From: a virus | Lineage: Duplodnaviria > Caudoviricetes | Strand: one strand, 5' to 3' | Length of the DNA stretch: 64,000 nt | IMG/VR virus record: IMGVR_UViG_3300043429_000757 | Coordinates: 1,022 to 65,021 of that record | Shown: positions 1 to 7,180 of the stretch, piece after piece | Layout of the letters: each line of letters opens with the position of its first letter | Numbering within the stretch: the stretch's first letter is position 1 | Translations under genes and position numbers: made by a program | The notes under the pieces: generated by a model | Databases searched by the model: none | Told to the model about the DNA's origin: nothing | Seen by the model: the letters and a program-made list of their open reading frames with translations, nothing else

Positions 1-188
1 GCCTGGTCGGATAGCATCCGGTCGGCCGTATTAATCGCGTCGACCCGGTCGGGCGTGAAATATTCCGAAACCAGGTTTTCGACCTGGTCGATTAATTGAA
101 CGCGATATTCGGAATATTCCGCCGACCAGGTAACGCGAAATCGGCCGACTCCGGGAAAAGACCCGGCATATACCAGGCGCCGGCTCAT
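1..188 (-). CDS. Early hypothetical protein, runs off window start (MSRRLVYAGSFPGVGRFRVTWSAEYSEYRVQL...)
   Basis: Hand-translated; ATG at 188 overlaps the DUF932 stop (ATGA); frame open to position 1; not in ORF track. Confidence 0.7.
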   Translation of the reverse strand, partial: MSRRLVYAGSFPGVGRFRVTWSAEYSEYRVQLIDQVENLVSEYFTPDRVDAINTADRMLSDQ

Positions 189-1282
189 GCCACCACCTCG
201 ACCAGGTCCAACAGGCCGCCGGCCTGGGTTTCGAATTCGACCCGGTCGGACTGCCAGGGGATCGACCTGGCATATGCGGTGGCGCCGGTCACCGCGTCCC
301 ACACGGTTTCGATAGGCCGGCCTTCGTCGAGCATATGGGCATGTTGCACGCGTGCGGCCACGCGTGGCCCAAACCGATTGGCCAGGAACTTATCGACCTT
401 GTCGATTTTGCTGGCCTGGGCGCCGCGCAAGACCCCGGATATATTGGACGCGCTGGCGCGGCTGTATTCCAACAGGGCCGGGGTAACCTGGTCGATAAAC
501 TTATCCGGCGCGCTGGCGGTATGCCGGATGCTGATTTCATCCAATTCGTGCGCGCCCCAAACAATACGGTTTGCGCAAACAAAATCAAACAGGAAGGTTT
601 TGACCCGCAGCGACCCGGCGCCGGTTTCGCTATTGGTCACGAAGAACCCGCGCGCAAGCTCGCCGGCTTTACCGTCACGCCGACCCGGCAGTTCTATGCG
701 GTTGATTTCATCAGCCAGGAAGATAAAGCAATCCCTGTCGCCGGCATATAACGTGGTGTTCGCCCTGGTGACCTGGTCGAGCGCCTTACCCCAGGTGCCA
801 GGGACGCGCCAGTCACCGGTTACGCCATCGCCAAAGCGGTCCATCAGGGCCGCGACTACGTCCCCGTCCCAAATGCGGCCATAGTTCGGGCCCGTCACGG
901 CGCGCAGCTCGGACACGCCATTGCGGGACAACAGGACGCCGATATCCTTCGCCTCCCGCTCGACCTGAAAACCGTAATTCAGGCAGTCGGCAGCCAGCGG
1001 GGCCGGCAGCTGCCGCAGGTAAGCGCCTGGCGCGCCGACCAGGTTTGCGGCCTGGCCCATGGCCCAGTGCGTGGGCGCATAGCCGTGGCCGTTGGGGCCT
1101 TCGATCAACAGGCCCCGATTGTCGTCAGTCGGGACGGCGCGCAGACGGCGGCTGCTGACCACGGCCGCGCGGCTGATGGCGCGGCGCGTTTCCATGGCGG
1201 CATGCATCTCCGGAAGGGAAACAAAGCGCTCTTCCTCAGGACGGGTGGCCCACTGGGTGTTGGCCTGCATAAGTGTTGTCAT
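185..1282 (-). CDS. DUF932-family protein
   Basis: FFVTNSETGAGSL...CANRIVW...IRHT motif typical of DUF932; AGAAAG RBS and sigma70-like promoter upstream. Confidence 0.75.
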   Translation of the reverse strand: MTTLMQANTQWATRPEEERFVSLPEMHAAMETRRAISRAAVVSSRRLRAVPTDDNRGLLIEGPNGHGYAPTHWAMGQAANLVGAPGAYLRQLPAPLAADCLNYGFQVEREAKDIGVLLSRNGVSELRAVTGPNYGRIWDGDVVAALMDRFGDGVTGDWRVPGTWGKALDQVTRANTTLYAGDRDCFIFLADEINRIELPGRRDGKAGELARGFFVTNSETGAGSLRVKTFLFDFVCANRIVWGAHELDEISIRHTASAPDKFIDQVTPALLEYSRASASNISGVLRGAQASKIDKVDKFLANRFGPRVAARVQHAHMLDEGRPIETVWDAVTGATAYARSIPWQSDRVEFETQAGGLLDLVEVVA

Positions 1283-1335
1283 CTTGAACTCTCTTTCTAA
1301 CTTTCTAGGAAACCGGGAAACCGTCCCGGCGGCGG

Positions 1336-1373
1336 TGTTTGCATTCTACATGCAAACAGGGACGGGCCGTCAA
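1336..1373 (-). promoter_or_regulatory. Sigma70-like promoter TTGACG-N19-TAGAAT with palindrome TGTTTGCAT-N5-ATGCAAACA over the -10
   Basis: Read directly upstream of DUF932 gene. Confidence 0.6.
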
Positions 1374-1585
1374 GCGACCCGAGGATCGTCGAGCATGTCG
1401 CGCGCCCACTGGCGGTATCTCGCGAACAGCTCCGGGAAAGCTTCCAACAGGCGCGCCTTGTTGTCACTGTCGGCGCGATAGTAGGCCACGCCGATCGCTG
1501 CAGCAAAGCCGCCGCCCACTTTTTCCATAGCCATTGCCGCGCGCCAGTTCCAGGTGGCCAGCTCTTGATCTTGCTGGTCGGTCAT
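1370..1585 (-). CDS. Small early hypothetical protein (GGGF...AYYRAD..N...LLEAFPE)
   Basis: 71-aa ORF, coupled to upstream ORF; motif common in phage early regions. Confidence 0.75.
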   Translation of the reverse strand: MTDQQDQELATWNWRAAMAMEKVGGGFAAAIGVAYYRADSDNKARLLEAFPELFARYRQWARDMLDDPRVA

Positions 1586-1809
1586 ACCGTGGCCTCCATG
1601 TGGTCGAGCGCATCGATGATCCCCTCGGCGCAGTTATAGATCGCGACCGGGCTTATCCAGGCGCGCGAGTCATCCTCAGGCCGGCCGGCCGCGACTATGT
1701 CGCTGCAATACTGGCGCACCGCCTCAAGGACCAGGGCCTGGGTCAAGGGGCCGCCGGGATTCATCACCATCAGATGGGTGATTTTCTGCACGTTGTCTCT
1801 GCGCCGCAT
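1582..1809 (-). CDS. Small early hypothetical protein
   Basis: 75-aa ORF in tightly packed operon. Confidence 0.65.
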   Translation of the reverse strand: MRRRDNVQKITHLMVMNPGGPLTQALVLEAVRQYCSDIVAAGRPEDDSRAWISPVAIYNCAEGIIDALDHMEATV

Positions 1810-1810
1810 G

Positions 1811-2284
1811 TCAGGCCTCCCGGATGTTGAACATGGTGTCGGACAGGTAGTCGCGGATTTTCCCGTTCAGGTCGATCGCGTCCGTCAGGCGATCGACACT
1901 GATCTCATCGGCCAGGTCGGACAGGTCGACCTCGCTGGCCAGGTCGGCATAGTCCAGGACCTCGGACCAGTCGACATTACTGATCAGGTCGGACGGGCTC
2001 AGCTCAGCGGCCAAGCTGGCCAGGTTGACGCCCTCGCCAATTGTCCGCAGTTGGGCGGGGATCAGCTCGCCGGCCAGCTCTGCCAGGTTGACGTGCGCGG
2101 CCAGTTGGCGCATCTCATCATCGCTGAAAATCACCCGCTGCAGTTGCGGCGTCAGGTCAAACGCGCGCGCCTCAAGCGCGGCCAACCTGGCGGCCAGGGG
2201 CGCCAAACGCTGCTCGACCGCGGCCTGGACCGCGGACTCAAATGCCACCTGCAAGGCGGCCACGATAGGGTTCGTTTCGGACAT
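1811..2284 (-). CDS. Acidic protein with about 9-aa [VI]-D/N-L-x-x-L-A-x-E repeats
   Basis: Start moved to MSETNP (2284) behind AGAAAGAGAGAAAG; repeats VNLAELAGE, VNLASLAAE, LDYADLASE, VDLSDLADE. Confidence 0.75.
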   Translation of the reverse strand: MSETNPIVAALQVAFESAVQAAVEQRLAPLAARLAALEARAFDLTPQLQRVIFSDDEMRQLAAHVNLAELAGELIPAQLRTIGEGVNLASLAAELSPSDLISNVDWSEVLDYADLASEVDLSDLADEISVDRLTDAIDLNGKIRDYLSDTMFNIREA

Positions 2285-2337
2285 GTCTTTCTCTCTTTCT
2301 AAGTTGCAGGCCTTGCGGGATGCTTGGCCTGATCGGG

Positions 2338-2368
2338 ATTCTACATCACAACTATCAACTGGTGTCAA
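2338..2368 (-). promoter_or_regulatory. Sigma70-like promoter TTGACA-N19-TAGAAT
   Basis: Perfect -35 and the same ATGTAGAAT -10 context as the promoter at 1336-1373. Confidence 0.6.
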
Positions 2369-2517
2369 CTATCCCCGCCAACAATCCTGTGAAACAGCCA
2401 AAGCCAGAACAGGCGCAGGGCGAGCCCCCGCTGCGTGTCCGGGACCACTTCGGGCTCCGCCGGCTGACTGTTGGCGATCATCTGCTTTCTGACTTTCTTG
2501 CGTGTGGTCCGGTTCAC
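2365..2517 (-). CDS. Small hypothetical protein with hydrophobic C-terminus
   Basis: GTG start overlapping the upstream stop (GTGA). Confidence 0.5.
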   Translation of the reverse strand: MNRTTRKKVRKQMIANSQPAEPEVVPDTQRGLALRLFWLWLFHRIVGGDS

Positions 2518-2888
2518 CCTGCCGGCACGTAAAGGGACTGCCTGGTGGTCAGGACCAGGTCGCGCATAGACACCCAATCCTCATGCGTCAGCGTGCCCAA
2601 AGCCATCAGCACCAGGTGCATTTTGTGCGCCATCTCGGCCCGATATCCAGGGCCATCGTTCGGGTCTTCCAGGTCCCGCAGGTTTTCCATCAGCTCGGGG
2701 TTCATCCACTGGCGCTCGGCGTCCTGGTAAATTTGCAGAGACACTGAGGTGATGATGTCTTCCAGCCGATAGCCGGTCTGGCGACCGACCCGATTGCGGA
2801 TTGGCGCCGGCCAGGACTCGACTACCAGGCGGACGCCGTTGGCGGTCGTGTGAACCCTGGACACGGTTGGGTACTCTACGTGTTTCAT
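2514..2888 (-). CDS. Hypothetical early protein
   Basis: 124-aa ORF with TAGAAAGGTAGAAAGAG RBS. Confidence 0.7.
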   Translation of the reverse strand: MKHVEYPTVSRVHTTANGVRLVVESWPAPIRNRVGRQTGYRLEDIITSVSLQIYQDAERQWMNPELMENLRDLEDPNDGPGYRAEMAHKMHLVLMALGTLTHEDWVSMRDLVLTTRQSLYVPAG

Positions 2889-2930
2889 CTCTTTCTACCT
2901 TTCTATGGTTACCTGGTCATCCAGGCAGGG

Positions 2931-2962
2931 ACACTATAGCATAGTGTTTTTACGATCGTCAA
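2931..2962 (-). promoter_or_regulatory. Sigma70-like promoter TTGACG-N18-TATAGT with palindrome ACACTAT-N3-ATAGTGT over the -10
   Basis: Read directly; extended -10 (TGc). Confidence 0.6.
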
Positions 2963-3375
2963 CCCAGCATCGCGGCGCGCAATTCGGCCCAGGATATCCC
3001 CGTCCAAGGCCAGCGCGCCATAGGCGGCGTGTCGATTCCCATGCGCACCAGGTCCAGGGCCTGCTCCCCCGCAAACAGCAGCAGCTCCGACTTGTGGGCA
3101 TGGGCAGTGCCGGGCGGGAAATACTGGACCAGGATGTAGGTCGGGCAGCGCAGGTCTGCGTGCTTGACATGGAAGGCCACCTGGTGCGGAGACAGGGCGA
3201 TCTTGCGCCCACGCTTGACCACCTTGAGTTCGACCATCACGAACTCCCCATGCGGGAAGGCGACCAGGCAGTCCGGGATGCCCAGGTTCACCCTGGATTC
3301 AATCCGGGTGAAATGGCAATTTGGGACGTTGTCTTTCAGGCGCTTGTACAGGTTCGCTTCGGGCTTCGTTGCCAT
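2959..3375 (-). CDS. PD-(D/E)XK nuclease, Holliday-junction resolvase / VRR-NUC-like
   Basis: E...RIE...GIPD...VELK...LSPHQVAFH signature. Confidence 0.8.
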   Translation of the reverse strand: MATKPEANLYKRLKDNVPNCHFTRIESRVNLGIPDCLVAFPHGEFVMVELKVVKRGRKIALSPHQVAFHVKHADLRCPTYILVQYFPPGTAHAHKSELLLFAGEQALDLVRMGIDTPPMARWPWTGISWAELRAAMLG

Positions 3376-3973
3376 CGTCTTTTTCCTCTTCAGGCTCTTC
3401 CTCGATCTGCCTGGGCGTCACGTCCACAATGGGCCCGGCCTGGCCGCCGTACAGGCGCTTGATCTCGTCAAGCTTACGCATGACCTCTTCCTTGGACATG
3501 CTATCGATCGTCCCGTGCCTGATCTCCTTGCGGTCGATGTAGATCGTGCCCAGGGCCTGACCACGGCGATACTCTGCCTGAACGGCCGCGCCGTACGCGC
3601 CGGCAGCCAGCGCCTGGTCCCGGATGACCTGGAGGTCGCGCATGTGCCGCTCAAAGGTGGTGGCGTACTTTTCGCCCAGCTCCCGGCGGCGTTCCTGGAT
3701 GGCAGCCACGATGTGGGGGCTCTTGTCAGGGTCGGTCAGCTCCCGGGCCCGGTTCTTTGCCCAGATTTCGCTGTACCCGGCGCGGATGGCTGCCTCCTTA
3801 AGGGTCACGTGTCCATCGCCGGCCACGAACTCCTCAACGAACTTCCACTCCTGCGGTGTCAGCACCCGGGGTTTGTGGGGCTTGACCGGCGCGGTGATCC
3901 GAGCCTCGACCCGCTGGTCGATTCCCCCCAAGCTCTTGCCGGCCAAGAACTTCTCATCCTTGTACGTACCCAT
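3299..3973 (-). CDS. terS: Terminase small subunit
   Basis: LTPQEWKFVEEF...EAAIRAGYS..A...A.EL HTH signature of Terminase_2-like TerS; start moved to MGTYKD. Confidence 0.85.
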   Translation of the reverse strand: MGTYKDEKFLAGKSLGGIDQRVEARITAPVKPHKPRVLTPQEWKFVEEFVAGDGHVTLKEAAIRAGYSEIWAKNRARELTDPDKSPHIVAAIQERRRELGEKYATTFERHMRDLQVIRDQALAAGAYGAAVQAEYRRGQALGTIYIDRKEIRHGTIDSMSKEEVMRKLDEIKRLYGGQAGPIVDVTPRQIEEEPEEEKDDGNEARSEPVQAPERQRPKLPFHPD

Positions 3974-4188
3974 CAGGCGACCCTCCACAGCCGCCAGCCC
4001 TCGCCGTACTTGCGGATGGTGAACCGCACCCCAGGGTGCCGCTTGGCGTACATGTAGGCCGCGCTGCGCAGGTTCTTGATCCAGTCCGCGTCCAGCACCA
4101 GGAAGCTGTCGCCGACCGCCATGTCAGGGAAGGGGTAGACCTGCCGTTGGCGGTCGTCAGGCAGGGGCACGTGTCTCTCGATTCTCAT
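3973..4188 (-). CDS. Small putative DNA-binding protein (YPFPDMAVGDSF...GWRLWRV)
   Basis: Motif widespread in phages; start at MRIERH. Confidence 0.75.
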   Translation of the reverse strand: MRIERHVPLPDDRQRQVYPFPDMAVGDSFLVLDADWIKNLRSAAYMYAKRHPGVRFTIRKYGEGWRLWRVA

Positions 4189-4261
4189 GGTCCGATTGTG
4201 CAACACTTCCACAGGGTAACGCAACCGCCCGTCCGGCCCTTCCAGGGCAAATTCAGGGTTC

Positions 4262-4471
4262 CTATAGACTTTTTTTGACCAATGTATGTTTTTTTTTTTT
4301 CAAAAAGTCATCGCGCGCGCATTTTATGTGAAATTACATCCTTGAACACACTGTAATGTCCTGTACACGTCTAACCTATTGATTTCATTAACTTCTTACA
4401 CCATTACGTCTATTACGTCATTTTCCAAAAAAAAAAAAACAAAACACATGAATTTGAAAAAAAGTCTATAG
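4262..4471. other. AT-rich element bounded by perfect 15-bp inverted repeats; candidate replication origin
   Basis: CTATAGACTTTTTTT (4262-4276) / AAAAAAAGTCTATAG (4457-4471); inner poly-T/poly-A arms; repeated TTAC/GTAA and 2x ATTACGTC; largest internal non-coding gap. Confidence 0.6.
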
Positions 4472-4516
4472 AAACACCGAAATCTCGGCCACAGCCCCGG
4501 TCCGTGGCCCTCGGCC

Positions 4517-4532
4517 CTGTATGCCTGTACAG
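4517..4532. promoter_or_regulatory. LexA (SOS) box-like site CTGTATGCCTGTACAG
   Basis: Matches the beta/gamma-proteobacterial CTGT-N8-ACAG consensus; intergenic. Confidence 0.45.
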
Positions 4533-4575
4533 CCCACCAAGGGTAAACCCCCACAAACCGTCCCCCATGCCCCTC

Positions 4576-4791
4576 CTACTGCAACTCCCCCGGCTCGCAC
4601 CATTCCCCTGTCATCAGGCGTGCTGCCACTGACATGGGGAGGGTGTCCGCCACTTCGATGGCGGTGATGGCCTTGTCGCCGAAGCAGGGCCCGACGAAGG
4701 CGTACTTGGTGTTGCCGGCGGTGATGATGAGCAGTTGGACCGTGGGCCGTGGCACGAGGCCCTCGATGAGTCCTTCGAACGCCGGGGTCAC
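4576..4791 (-). CDS. Hypothetical protein
   Basis: 71-aa ORF coupled to upstream gene. Confidence 0.6.
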   Translation of the reverse strand: MTPAFEGLIEGLVPRPTVQLLIITAGNTKYAFVGPCFGDKAITAIEVADTLPMSVAARLMTGEWCEPGELQ

Positions 4792-5036
4792 TTGAGGACC
4801 TCTTCCCAGCCTGGCCCTGTCTTGCCTTCTTTGATGCCCAGATCGAGGGACAGGCGCTCGACTTCGTCTTCCAGCCGGCGCTTTTGGACTCTGAGTTGGT
4901 GGACCTGGTTGGCCAGGTGTTCCATGGAGTCGTTTTGGACCTCGATGCGGCGGCGCAGGGAGGCGATGTACTCCTTGGTCTCCAGGCAGTCGATGGGGCG
5001 TGGTGGATTTTCTGTGGAAAATTCAGCGGGTCGCAT
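4788..5036 (-). CDS. Coiled-coil hypothetical protein
   Basis: 82 aa, heptad pattern, AGGAG RBS. Confidence 0.7.
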   Translation of the reverse strand: MRPAEFSTENPPRPIDCLETKEYIASLRRRIEVQNDSMEHLANQVHQLRVQKRRLEDEVERLSLDLGIKEGKTGPGWEEVLK

Positions 5037-5038
5037 GT

Positions 5039-5251
5039 TCAGCTCCTTTTGCTGCGAAGTTCTCTGTCCCTGGCCAGGGCCAGCATGAGGCGGTTGGGGT
5101 ATTTGTTGGCGGCCATGGCGCGGCTGATGTAAATCTCCACGGTCCGTTTGGAGATGCCCAGTTTACGGGCCACGAGGTCGGTCTGTCCAAACTCGCAGAT
5201 GGCGTCCAGGACTGCCTGCTCGCGTGGGGTTAAGTTCAGTGGTTTGGGCAC
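5039..5251 (-). CDS. LuxR/GerE-type HTH regulator
   Basis: LTPREQAVL...VARKLGISKRTVEIYISR. Confidence 0.85.
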   Translation of the reverse strand: MPKPLNLTPREQAVLDAICEFGQTDLVARKLGISKRTVEIYISRAMAANKYPNRLMLALARDRELRSKRS

Positions 5252-5260
5252 GTGGGTCTT

Positions 5261-5449
5261 TCACAGTTTGATGCCGCGCAGTTGGCGGCAGCGCTCGCGT
5301 TCGGCGGGGGTGATGTCTGGGCTGATCTCGGCGACGGGGCACAGGTGGTCCCTGGGCGGCCGTGGTCCGTGGCTCGCGAGCCAGACGATGCTGGCCATGG
5401 TGCCGAGCATGATAGTGGCCGCGGCGATGGCGAGCAAGACGGCTTTCAT
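5261..5449 (-). CDS. Small membrane/secreted protein
   Basis: Hydrophobic N-terminus; C.VAEISPD...RERCR. Confidence 0.7.
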   Translation of the reverse strand: MKAVLLAIAAATIMLGTMASIVWLASHGPRPPRDHLCPVAEISPDITPAERERCRQLRGIKL

Positions 5450-5676
5450 GCTTGCCCCCTTGCTCTCATTCTGAGTTTGGTCTGGCCCTCCGCAGGCAAC
5501 AGTTCTTCTGCCATGACATTTCTGCCGCCAATCACATAGCTGACCCTGCCGTATCTGTTCATGGTTACCTTTTCAACAGTTCCGATGAAGGGTTCTCCAG
5601 CCCATGTGAACGGGTAAACGGGCACAACGTCTCCGACCTGGCAGTGAACCTTCTTGTAATCAATGCCGTGTCTCAT
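5446..5676 (-). CDS. Small SH3/KOW-like hypothetical protein
   Basis: Start moved to MRHGID; VGDVV...GTVEKV...VSYVI. Confidence 0.6.
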   Translation of the reverse strand: MRHGIDYKKVHCQVGDVVPVYPFTWAGEPFIGTVEKVTMNRYGRVSYVIGGRNVMAEELLPAEGQTKLRMRARGQA

Positions 5677-5768
5677 GCCTGCCCTCTTGCGCGGATGTAT
5701 GAGATTGTTATGTGCTGCCCAACGAACATTCCAGCCAAGAAACACAAAAGTAAAGTCCACTCATCCAT
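5673..5768 (-). CDS. 31-aa membrane peptide (MDEWTLLLCFLAGMFVG...)
   Basis: Overlaps both neighbours; hydrophobic. Confidence 0.5.
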   Translation of the reverse strand: MDEWTLLLCFLAGMFVGQHITISYIRARGQA

Positions 5769-6021
5769 GATTCGTCCCCCTTGCTCGGATGGCGTCTGCG
5801 CAGTCTTGGGCCGCCTCAGCATAGGTTGTATATGGCGGCGTGACTTGAAACAATTCTTCACACACCTTCGCACACGCCTCACGCTCGTCATCAATCAGCT
5901 TCTGTATCTTGCTCCCATACATCGACACAACAATTGAAGGCAAGCCTATCTCCATCGCCCGCTCGTACAGTTTGATGCGCTCAGGGGCCACAGTGACGGT
6001 AACCTCATCTGTATGTTTCAT
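5761..6021 (-). CDS. Hypothetical protein (EREACAKVC...CADAIRARG family)
   Basis: Very common phage accessory motif. Confidence 0.7.
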   Translation of the reverse strand: MKHTDEVTVTVAPERIKLYERAMEIGLPSIVVSMYGSKIQKLIDDEREACAKVCEELFQVTPPYTTYAEAAQDCADAIRARGTNHG

Positions 6022-6262
6022 AGAAGCCCTCCTTGAGCAACATGGCATCTGAGTATTCGTGCTTGAACCACTTCCACATCTCGGCGCGTTCTTCTTTGAC
6101 CTGGGCCCATAGGATCAAACAGTACCAACTCCATCGTTCGTCGTTCCAGTCGTAAGCCTTTTCAGACAACAAGCGGTGAGACGTAATGGAGACGTTCATG
6201 CTTAGGTAACTGAGCAGCGCCTGTAGCTTGTCCTTGTGGGTTCTCATGCGTTTTTGGTTCAT
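6005..6262 (-). CDS. Trp-rich hypothetical protein
   Basis: Start at MNQKRM coupled to upstream stop. Confidence 0.6.
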   Translation of the reverse strand: MNQKRMRTHKDKLQALLSYLSMNVSITSHRLLSEKAYDWNDERWSWYCLILWAQVKEERAEMWKWFKHEYSDAMLLKEGFYETYR

Positions 6263-6495
6263 GCTTCCCCCTTTGCCGCAGCAATTGCAGCATAGGCTTT
6301 GTCCATTGCGTCTGTCCACCCGATCACCGCCATTCCGGGGCCGTCTTCAATTTCAACAAGGCGACTCAACGCCTCCAGTAATTGCGCGTTGACCGCATGA
6401 AGTCGGCGCAGTTCGGCTGCGGCTGCTCGGCGTGGCGGATATTCTTTTTCTTCCAAGGCATCAGCCAGCCGCAGGGCTTCTGGTTGTTGGGTCAT
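6259..6495 (-). CDS. Hypothetical protein ([11 protein letters not shown]...AAAELRRLH family)
   Basis: Common phage accessory motif. Confidence 0.75.
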   Translation of the reverse strand: MTQQPEALRLADALEEKEYPPRRAAAAELRRLHAVNAQLLEALSRLVEIEDGPGMAVIGWTDAMDKAYAAIAAAKGEA

Positions 6496-6496
6496 G

Positions 6497-6709
6497 TCAG
6501 TACTCCACCTTTTCGATCTTGAATTCGTGCTCGCAGTGTTCGCAGGTCACTTCCCAGTCCTTGAGTCTTTCCCATCGGTTGTTAAAAATGTGGCCTGAGA
6601 TGTCGTGCTCTGTGTCGTGCTGTGGCTCAGACAAGTCGTTGGACTCATCGCACTTTGGGCAGGTAACGTACAGGCTCCAGTCCAGTTGCGCCGTGGGTGG
6701 CCTAGTCAT
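6497..6709 (-). CDS. Zinc-ribbon protein
   Basis: CPKC...CEHC. Confidence 0.75.
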   Translation of the reverse strand: MTRPPTAQLDWSLYVTCPKCDESNDLSEPQHDTEHDISGHIFNNRWERLKDWEVTCEHCEHEFKIEKVEY

Positions 6710-7023
6710 TTCTTTTCTCCTATGCCGTGCGCGGCCTCGATGGCGCGAGCGATGTCGTATGCATCGTTGATTGATGCCTCACCCATTTCGTCGCAGTACC
6801 GATTCCAGATGTCGTCTATCTGCTCCTCCGTCAGCGGCTGGCGCTGTGCTGCGGGTGGGGTGGTGTAGATGGCGTGCTGTTCGTATTTCTCACCTTGCGC
6901 CTGCTCTTTGACTCGATATTCAAGCCACCTGTCGGACGCGCCCTTGCTGGCATGAATTGAAAGCCACTTACGCCTTCCGACAACCTTTACTGCCCAAGCC
7001 ACTGGTTCAAAACTGTTATTCAT
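6706..7023 (-). CDS. EPVAW...PLTEEQI family accessory protein
   Basis: EPVAW, YTTPP, PLTEEQI, ARAIEAAHGI. Confidence 0.75.
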   Translation of the reverse strand: MNNSFEPVAWAVKVVGRRKWLSIHASKGASDRWLEYRVKEQAQGEKYEQHAIYTTPPAAQRQPLTEEQIDDIWNRYCDEMGEASINDAYDIARAIEAAHGIGEKK

Positions 7024-7180
7024 ACTGTTTCCGTTTCTTTGCTTCTGTCATTTTGGCGTTTATCATGGACTGACACGAGTGCGGCACGTCATTGAGGTCT
7101 ACCAACTTCCATTTGCCAGCTACTTGCATCCACTTGAGAGACCCCCTGCCGCAGTATTTACATCTGGAGTTGTGGGTCAT
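7016..7180 (-). CDS. 54-aa Zn-finger-like protein (MTHNSRCKYCG...PHSC)
   Basis: Hand-translated; fills gap, coupled to upstream stop. Confidence 0.65.
   Translation of the reverse strand: MTHNSRCKYCGRGSLKWMQVAGKWKLVDLNDVPHSCQSMINAKMTEAKKRKQYE

Noticed and set aside
4262-4471. MITE or IS element
   Set aside because: Has terminal inverted repeats but no target-site duplication (flanks GGTTC / AAACA), a single copy, and no transposase; kept as origin candidate
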